NCBI GenBank assembly: GCA_017621525.1
Contig: JAGASX010000017.1
Coordinates: forward strand, 1,138 to 65,137
DNA length: 64,000 nucleotides
Direction of reading: 5' to 3'
Origin: Clostridia bacterium
GTDB lineage: Bacteria > Bacillota > Clostridia > Christensenellales > UBA1242
A program made the translations under genes and the position numbers. Below, piece by piece: positions 47,956-54,481 of this stretch; position 1 is the stretch's first letter; the number at the start of each line of letters is the position of its first letter. A model generated the notes under the pieces. The model was not told where the DNA came from. It ran no database searches and worked only from the letters and a program-made list of their open reading frames with translations.

Positions 47956-48690
47956 ATGATTTATGAAAGTTTGTCAAAATTTATGGGGAAAATTTGCTGT
48001 TTTACCTCTTTTGTAAGCACAATACAAGGTTTTCCAGAGCCTTTATCAAAAGAAGAAGAGGGGCAGTGGATTGCAAAACTTGTCCAAAAAGATGAAAAGG
48101 CAAGAGAGGTGCTGATAAACCATAATTTGCGTCTTGTAGCCCATATAGTAAAAAAATATTCCAATTCTTTGGAGGCTGATGACCTTATTTCTGTTGGCAC
48201 AATTGGTCTGATAAAAGCGGTTGATAGTTTCAATCCAGAAAAGGGTGTTTTGCTTTCAACATACGCCTCTCGTTGTATTGAAAATGAAATTTTAATGCTG
48301 ATACGTGCAAATAAAAAACATAAAGATACAATATCGCTGAACACTATGCTTTCACCTAAATCAGATAGTGATGAAATGGAACTTGGAAATCTTATTCCAG
48401 CAGAAGATGAAGAAGATGTTTTTGAACAAGTTGAATTGGAATGTATGATGAACAGCGTTTTATCTGTTATGGATAGGTGCTTAAACGATATGGAAAAAGA
48501 AATTATAAAATACAGATATGGCATTTGCGGATACCCAGAAAAGACACAAAAAGAGGTGGCTGATATTTTTGGAATTTCACGTTCTTATATTTCCAGAATT
48601 GAAAGCAGAATTATAAAAATTTTGCAGAAAAATTTACAGGGACAAAGCGATAAAAATGATGGTGAAAATGAACAAATTATAAAATTTTAA
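47956..48690 (+). CDS. sigK: sporulation-type group 3 sigma factor with an N-terminal pro-sequence, SigK-like (SigE not excluded)
   Basis: GFPEPLSKEEE...INHNLRLVAHIVKKY...DLISVGTIGLIKAVDSFNPEKG...YASRCIENEILMLIR...GISRSYISRIE. The HNLRLVAHIVKKY and ILMLIR strings favour SigK. Start trimmed to the ATG at 47956. Confidence 0.75.
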   Translation: MIYESLSKFMGKICCFTSFVSTIQGFPEPLSKEEEGQWIAKLVQKDEKAREVLINHNLRLVAHIVKKYSNSLEADDLISVGTIGLIKAVDSFNPEKGVLLSTYASRCIENEILMLIRANKKHKDTISLNTMLSPKSDSDEMELGNLIPAEDEEDVFEQVELECMMNSVLSVMDRCLNDMEKEIIKYRYGICGYPEKTQKEVADIFGISRSYISRIESRIIKILQKNLQGQSDKNDGENEQIIKF

Positions 48691-48789
48691 AAAAATTTCA
48701 AAAAAAATTAAAAAAGTTCTTGTAAATTCAAAAAAAATAATTATATACTATAAACACACAATAAAATTTCTTCAAAGGTTGGGTATGCT

Positions 48790-50157
48790 ATGGAAAAAGT
48801 CGAGTTTTATAAAATTGTAGACAAATTGATTTTGCCTTTATTCACAGGCGCATGTATTGAGGGTGAAGAGGAATCTTCAAACAGAGATAACGAAGTTGCA
48901 TTTGGCAAGAAAAATAGTTTGCTTATCAAACCATCAAAGGCAGATGAATATCGTCTTGTTTTAAAACGCGGACAGCCATTTCAAGCATTTGAAGTCAATT
49001 TGCTTAAATCAATCTTGGCGGAAATCAATGATATTTCCAACTTGCAACTTGCTGATGATAGTTATATTTCCGTTCTTCAAGAAAATGCCATTGAAAAGGC
49101 AATTTGTCAGTCTATTTGTGAGCCTGACACTGTAAGCAGTATGTTTGGTATAATAAATGAACTGCAAAAGTGGGCGGTACGCACGTATGAGGGTAAAAAA
49201 ACTGCTATTGGTATTATTATAAATTTGTCAACAGATATAAGCGACCAAGAAGATGCATTAAATTTTTATGATATTATGAATAAAGACTTTTTTGCACTTT
49301 TATCTGACGGCGTGGATTCTTATGTTGAATTTGACAAAAAAGGCAATCTTTTGGGCTATGTGCAGGTAAATAAAGTGAAAAAAATGCCAAGTATTGCACC
49401 TTTGGAATTTGAAGATATTTCACGCTATTGTAATGAAAAAAGAATTGGCATTGTGCTTACAAAAAATGGCGATTTTCTTATATTTAAAAATCGAAACCTG
49501 CTGTTTTCAAAACGTGCTGGCAACTGGAATGTATATTCTCATGAAGAGGTTATACAACTTCTTTCATACCGAGGCAATTATTCTCTTAAAGATATTCGCC
49601 GTTCTGTTTACTACACAGCCCTTGACACGTCATTTGCCTATGACGGTGGCTGTATTGTTTACCTAAATAAAGACATGGCAGAAAGTGCACTTATGCACAT
49701 AAATGCCAATGATATTATTGATGAAAGGTATTTTGAAATTAAAAAAGCACAAGAACTTGAATTTGCTGGCAGACTTTACAATTTGCAAAACCTTTCGGCA
49801 GTTGAGGCAAAATTTAATGTTCCATATATGACATTTTTAAGGGAACAAAAGTGCGTGAAATCGCAAAGTATAAGAAAACTTATCAATGGTAAACCTTTTC
49901 ATGAATTAAGCAGAAAGTTACGCCAAGAACTTGTCAGTATGGACGGCGCAACAGTTATTGACAGCGATGGAACAATCATTGCCGTTGGTGCAATTTTAAA
50001 AATCGAGGCTGGAAGTGAAGGCGGTGGTCGTCTTGCCGCTGCAACAACCCTTTCAAAATATGGCGTAGCAATTAAAATATCACAAGACGGCATTATGAAG
50101 GCATTTTATCCAGACAGAAAAAATGGAAAGGTTAAAACGCTTTTTACTGTTGGTTAA
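48790..50157 (+). CDS. hypothetical protein with a degenerate DAC (DisA_N)-like C-terminal region
   Basis: The C-terminus VSMDGATVIDSDGTIIAVGAILKIEAGSEGGGRLAAATTLSKYGVAIKISQDGIMKAF parallels the diadenylate cyclase core (DGA kept, GTRHRAA reads GGGRLAAA). Monocistronic with its own terminator. Confidence 0.75.
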   Translation: MEKVEFYKIVDKLILPLFTGACIEGEEESSNRDNEVAFGKKNSLLIKPSKADEYRLVLKRGQPFQAFEVNLLKSILAEINDISNLQLADDSYISVLQENAIEKAICQSICEPDTVSSMFGIINELQKWAVRTYEGKKTAIGIIINLSTDISDQEDALNFYDIMNKDFFALLSDGVDSYVEFDKKGNLLGYVQVNKVKKMPSIAPLEFEDISRYCNEKRIGIVLTKNGDFLIFKNRNLLFSKRAGNWNVYSHEEVIQLLSYRGNYSLKDIRRSVYYTALDTSFAYDGGCIVYLNKDMAESALMHINANDIIDERYFEIKKAQELEFAGRLYNLQNLSAVEAKFNVPYMTFLREQKCVKSQSIRKLINGKPFHELSRKLRQELVSMDGATVIDSDGTIIAVGAILKIEAGSEGGGRLAAATTLSKYGVAIKISQDGIMKAFYPDRKNGKVKTLFTVG

Positions 50158-50163
50158 AGGAAA

Positions 50164-50186
50164 AGAGGAGAAAATCCTCTTTTTTA
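50164..50186 (+). terminator. rho-independent terminator
   Basis: AGAGGA-gaaaa-TCCTCT followed by T5. Confidence 0.8.
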
Positions 50187-50215
50187 TTGACAATAAAATT
50201 ATGCGATGATATAAT
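50187..50215 (+). promoter_or_regulatory. consensus sigma-A promoter of rnpB
   Basis: TTGACA (50187..50192), 17-nt spacer, TATAAT (50210..50215). Predicted +1 is about 50222. Confidence 0.8.
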
Positions 50216-50220
50216 AATCA

Positions 50221-50546
50221 TGCAGTTATGCAGACAATCGCATCACTTTGTGATGAGGAAAGTCCGAGCATCAAGAGAGCTGGGTGCTGGCTAACGGCCA
50301 GCGGGGGCGACCTTAGGGATAGTGCAACAGAAATAAACCGCCCGCAAGGGTAAGGATGGAAAGGTGGTGTAAGAGACCACCGCTTGGGCAGAGATGCGCA
50401 AGGCTCTGTAAACCCCACCTGATGCAAGGTCAAAAGGACAATGCGCTTGCTCTCTCGCGTCCTTTAAGCACCGCTAAAGCCTATTGGCAACAATAGGCGC
50501 AGATAGATGATTGTCAAATACAGAACTCGGCTTACAGCATAGGTGC
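50221..50546 (+). ncRNA. rnpB: RNase P RNA (ribozyme subunit)
   Basis: Universal GAGGAAAGTCCGAGC (P4 5' strand), ...ACAGAACTCGGCTTA (P4 3' strand), 5'/3' P1 pairing (GTTATGC / GCATAG), GNRA-type loops. Promoter upstream and terminator downstream. Ends approximate. Confidence 0.88.
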
Positions 50547-50569
50547 CCGACTTTTAAGTCGGTTTTTTT
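50547..50569 (+). terminator. rho-independent terminator after rnpB
   Basis: CCGAC-ttttaa-GTCGG followed by T7. Confidence 0.8.
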
Positions 50570-50616
50570 ATTGTCTTTTAAGTTTAACAAAAAGAAAAAC
50601 AGTCAATAACAAAAAC

Positions 50617-51843
50617 ATGACTAAAAGCGAATATATACAAAAACTTAAAAACCTTATTTTGCAAAGGGTAAACTTTCATGCACCAAAACCAAGGGATAGC
50701 GAAATAGACTATTCGGTGCTTAACATAGTTGGAATTGACGCGTCTTACCCAATATTTATATTTAAAAAGCCATTAAATGAAATTTTTTATAAGGCGTTTT
50801 CACTTGCCAAACAAGAGGTTGAATTTAATTTAATACTTACAGAAAAACCACTTGTAAAAGCAAAGAATATAAAAAAACTTTCCAAAACTTTTGTTTTTTC
50901 ACAAGAGGAAATGGGAGGCATGCTTTTACTTGCTCTTGAAAATTTAAATATAAATTATCTTTCCCATGCAACATTTGACAAAATAAAATCAAAGGAATAT
51001 ATAAAAATTGCCGGTCAAGAGTTGAATTTTGACTTTCTACCTTATTTTAAAAGAAACAATGCCATGTTTAATGGGGTGTTGGTTGAAAGTAAAAAATTTT
51101 TATTGAATGGGAAAAATGTTATAATAAATCTTGCCAATACCAAACTTGAAAGCCGAGAAGTAGATATTGAAATAAATATTCCTCTTCCAAGAGGCTATTA
51201 TTTTTTCAAACAGAGCGGAAATTGTGTGGAAATTAAAAATCTTACAACCATGCAAAAAGCATATTTCAATTTTAATTTGCCTTGCGAAAAACTTTCTTTT
51301 TCACTTATAGGAGGCATTGAAAGTTGTACTTTTGCTGGTATAAACTTAAAATGTAAAGTTTGTCTTTTGCCAAAGCAAACACTTAAATTATATTATAATT
51401 TTGGTGATAAAAAATATTGTTTTTCAAGTCCCAAAGAGGTGGAATTATTCTTTAATTTATCTCAGCAAAAGGCAAATGAAATTTTTGATGTTAAAGTGCA
51501 AACTCGTGATATTAAATTTGACGACAAATTCAATCGCTCTTTGCCACGAGAAATATGGGAAAAGTGGGAAAAATTTGATATAGATGAGGCGAGTGAAAAT
51601 TTATGGCTTAAAATAAGAAGTCAAATTATAAAATTAACCCCAAAAGGGGAACAAATTAGCAGGGATTTCAAAGGGCTTAAAGAGGTAAAAATGTACCGAA
51701 ATTTAGGCTGGAAAAGGGTGTTTGTATTAAGAGGTGAGGCAAACTATCTATTTGCAAATAAAATTAAATATTTCAACTACAATTTGCTTACAAAAGAAAT
51801 TTTTGCAAAAAACAACGAAATTTACTTGTCTTTTGCCGATTAG
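50617..51843 (+). CDS. hypothetical protein (408 aa), no recognisable domain
   Basis: Uninterrupted ORF filling the rnpB-rarA gap. Lys/Asn/Phe-rich and predicted beta-rich. No motif I can name. Confidence 0.65.
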   Translation: MTKSEYIQKLKNLILQRVNFHAPKPRDSEIDYSVLNIVGIDASYPIFIFKKPLNEIFYKAFSLAKQEVEFNLILTEKPLVKAKNIKKLSKTFVFSQEEMGGMLLLALENLNINYLSHATFDKIKSKEYIKIAGQELNFDFLPYFKRNNAMFNGVLVESKKFLLNGKNVIINLANTKLESREVDIEINIPLPRGYYFFKQSGNCVEIKNLTTMQKAYFNFNLPCEKLSFSLIGGIESCTFAGINLKCKVCLLPKQTLKLYYNFGDKKYCFSSPKEVELFFNLSQQKANEIFDVKVQTRDIKFDDKFNRSLPREIWEKWEKFDIDEASENLWLKIRSQIIKLTPKGEQISRDFKGLKEVKMYRNLGWKRVFVLRGEANYLFANKIKYFNYNLLTKEIFAKNNEIYLSFAD

Positions 51844-51863
51844 TGTTGTAAAATGTTCATGAA

Positions 51864-53138
51864 ATGAATACATCTCCTCGCGTGCCTCTTGCCGAAAAAA
51901 TGCGTCCAAAATCTTTTGACGATTTTGTAGGTCAACAGCACATTGTCGGCAAAAATACTTTGCTTTATAGGGCAATTCAATATGGTACCTTGGGTAGCAT
52001 GATTTTTTATGGGCCACCCGGCACCGGGAAAACTACACTTGCAAACATTATTGCAAAATCGCTTAAAGCAAATTATGTAAAACTTAATGCCGTTACAAGC
52101 GGTGTAGGTGATGCAAAGGCAATAATAGAAAGGGCAAGGCAAGATAAGGCAATGCTGGGTACAGACACCTTTTTAATTCTTGATGAATGTCATAGGTGGA
52201 ATAAGGCACAAAGCGACTGTGTGTTGGAGGCAATTGAAGACGGCTCTATATTCTTTATTGGTACAACCACAGAAAACCCTTACACTTCAATGACGCGAGC
52301 TATTGTTTCGCGTTGCCGAATTTTTGAATTTAAGCCACTCACTCCAAAAGATATAAAACAGGCATTAAAAAGGGCGCTTACCGATGAAGAGAACGGTCTT
52401 GGTCGTATGCCTGTTGAATATGATGAAGAGGCTTTGGATTACATTTCTTATGCAAGTGCTGGCGACCTAAGAAACTCGCTTAACGCGTTGGAACTTGCTG
52501 TTATGACTTCGCCTGTTGGTAAAGATAAAAAAATTCATATAGATTTGCTTACAGCACAGCAATCAACCGATAAAAAAGCACTTTCACTTGATGAAAATAT
52601 GTACTATGACTACCTTTCGGCTTTTTGCAAAAGCCTGCGTGGAAGTGATGCAGAGGGGGCATTGTATTACAGCCAACGTCTTATCAAAGCGGGTTGCGAC
52701 CCTATGATTATTGCAAGAAGATTGGTTGCTCATTCCAGCGAAGATGTTGGAATGGCAGATTCAAATGCACTTCTTCTTGCAACAAGTGCGATGTATGCAA
52801 TTGAAAAAATGGGGCAACCAGAGGGGTTAATTCCTTTGTCGCATGCCATAATATATGTGTGCGAGGCGGAAAAATCCAATTCTGTTATAAATGCCATGCA
52901 TATGGCGGAAGATGACGCCATAAATTGTGCCGACAATAAGGTGCCAAATCATTTAAAAAACCACCCAAGCACAAATGCAGACGGGCATGGACAATACAAA
53001 TATCCACACAACTATGGTGGTTATGTTAAACAGCAATATTTGCCAGATAGTTTAAAGGACAGAATTTACTATCAGCCAAGTGAAAATGGCAGAGAGAAAA
53101 ATCTTATAAGAAAAAAATTTAGGGGAGAAAACAAATAA
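51864..53138 (+). CDS. rarA: replication-associated recombination protein A (RarA/MgsA AAA+ ATPase)
   Basis: LAEKMRPKSFDDFVGQQHIVG, Walker A GPPGTGKTT, Walker B LILDECHRWNKAQSD, C-terminal MgsA domain (YDYLSAFCKSLRGSDAEGALYY...HLKN...YKYPH). Confidence 0.95.
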   Translation: MNTSPRVPLAEKMRPKSFDDFVGQQHIVGKNTLLYRAIQYGTLGSMIFYGPPGTGKTTLANIIAKSLKANYVKLNAVTSGVGDAKAIIERARQDKAMLGTDTFLILDECHRWNKAQSDCVLEAIEDGSIFFIGTTTENPYTSMTRAIVSRCRIFEFKPLTPKDIKQALKRALTDEENGLGRMPVEYDEEALDYISYASAGDLRNSLNALELAVMTSPVGKDKKIHIDLLTAQQSTDKKALSLDENMYYDYLSAFCKSLRGSDAEGALYYSQRLIKAGCDPMIIARRLVAHSSEDVGMADSNALLLATSAMYAIEKMGQPEGLIPLSHAIIYVCEAEKSNSVINAMHMAEDDAINCADNKVPNHLKNHPSTNADGHGQYKYPHNYGGYVKQQYLPDSLKDRIYYQPSENGREKNLIRKKFRGENK

Positions 53139-54154
53139 TGTTTGGACATAGAAGCGACGGAAAAAAGGTTAAAGGAATGAATGTTATTGAAAAGGCAGAA
53201 CCTTTTTTCATGCGACAAAGAATTGATGCGGTAAACTACATCACCGCCAAAGTGCCATGCACACCAATGGATGAATTTATTGCAAGGGAAAGAAGAAAGG
53301 GCAATTCTTACACATATATGCACATTTTGTTTGCAAGTATTATAAGAACATTTTACATACGCCCAAAACTTAACAGATTTATCATGAGAGGGGCGGTATA
53401 TCAAAGAAATACTTTTTCTATAACAATGGATATTAAACCAAAACTTGAAGATGAGGCGGATAACATCACTTGCAAATTTTATTTCACAGGAAGGGAAAGT
53501 TTGCCAGAAATAAAGAAAATGATTGATGAAGAAATTGCCAAATATACCTCTGCAAATGGCGACGCATCACAACAGGCGACCACAAAAACTGCAAAGAAAA
53601 TGGGTTCTCTTCCTGATTGGCTTTTCAGATTTGCAATGGCATTGGCTCGCTGGGCGGACAAGCGTGGAATGATGCCTAAAAGCCTTATTCATGCAAGCCC
53701 ATTCCACACAAGTTGCTTTATAACAAACCTTAAATCTATCAAAATTGGGCATATTTATCACCACTTGTATGATTTTGGTACAACTGCCATGTTTTTTGCA
53801 ATGGGCAAAGAAAAAATGGAGCCTTATGTAGAGAACAATAAAGAACTTAAAATAGGCAAATTTATGAATTTAGGCATAAGCATGGATGAACGTATTGCAG
53901 ACGGCTTCTATTACGGAAAATCATTAAAACTTTTACAAGATTTTCTTGCAAACCCAGATGCCCTTTTGGACGGTTTGCCAGAAGACGGCACTATTCCAAA
54001 ACAGGTGATGAAAAAGAAAGCAAAAAAGGTTAAAAGTAAAAAGCAAAAGTCAACCAAAGAGAAAAAGTCTAAAAAAAGAAGTCCATTAAAGAATAAAGAA
54101 AAACTTGATAAAAAGTTAAAGAAGAAAAATAAAACAGAAAGCGAGGTTGAATAA
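53138..54154 (+). CDS. 2-oxoacid dehydrogenase E2 / CAT-like acyltransferase-fold protein with a variant active-site motif and a poly-lysine C-terminal tail
   Basis: The layout matches an E2 catalytic domain (N-terminal ...YTYMHILFASIIRTFYIRPKLNRFI...; C-terminal ISMDERIADGFYYGKSLKLLQDFLANP versus canonical DHRxxDG). The last ~70 aa are ~45% Lys. Confidence 0.7.
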   Translation: MFGHRSDGKKVKGMNVIEKAEPFFMRQRIDAVNYITAKVPCTPMDEFIARERRKGNSYTYMHILFASIIRTFYIRPKLNRFIMRGAVYQRNTFSITMDIKPKLEDEADNITCKFYFTGRESLPEIKKMIDEEIAKYTSANGDASQQATTKTAKKMGSLPDWLFRFAMALARWADKRGMMPKSLIHASPFHTSCFITNLKSIKIGHIYHHLYDFGTTAMFFAMGKEKMEPYVENNKELKIGKFMNLGISMDERIADGFYYGKSLKLLQDFLANPDALLDGLPEDGTIPKQVMKKKAKKVKSKKQKSTKEKKSKKRSPLKNKEKLDKKLKKKNKTESEVE

Positions 54155-54462
54155 TGAAAAGGGTTTTGTATTTTGTACTTGCCTGTTTAACAATAATTTA
54201 TATAGGCTTTTTGTGCTACACAAACATAGTAGGAATGACTGCTAATTGGATGTATTACCTTTCAGTTTATGGCGGTTTGGGCATTGCTTTGTTGTATGCC
54301 GCAATAAACTTTTTTGGCAGTCCACTTAAAATTGTATTCTTTGTTTTACTTATTGTGGCAACAATTGTGCTTGTGCTTACCATTGTTATGCCAGATGTTT
54401 TTAGACAACTTTTTAAAATTGGCGAAAGTGCAGAAGGATTTATAAATTTAATAAAAATGTAA
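54154..54462 (+). CDS. small integral membrane protein (102 aa, three TM helices)
   Basis: Three hydrophobic helices. TAATG overlap with the upstream gene. Confidence 0.6.
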   Translation: MKRVLYFVLACLTIIYIGFLCYTNIVGMTANWMYYLSVYGGLGIALLYAAINFFGSPLKIVFFVLLIVATIVLVLTIVMPDVFRQLFKIGESAEGFINLIKM

Positions 54463-54481
54463 ATAATCATGGGAGAGAATT

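Noticed and set aside
47961-48524. 187-aa minus-strand ORF inside the sigma-factor gene
   Set aside because: It is antisense to a gene with unmistakable sigma-70 regions 2 and 4. Its Ser/Phe-rich translation is typical of shadow ORFs.
50218-50433. 71-aa minus-strand ORF, and the 62-aa ORF at 10589..10777
   Set aside because: These ORFs lie within RNase P RNA and tRNA-Glu respectively. The structured-RNA assignment explains the sequence better.
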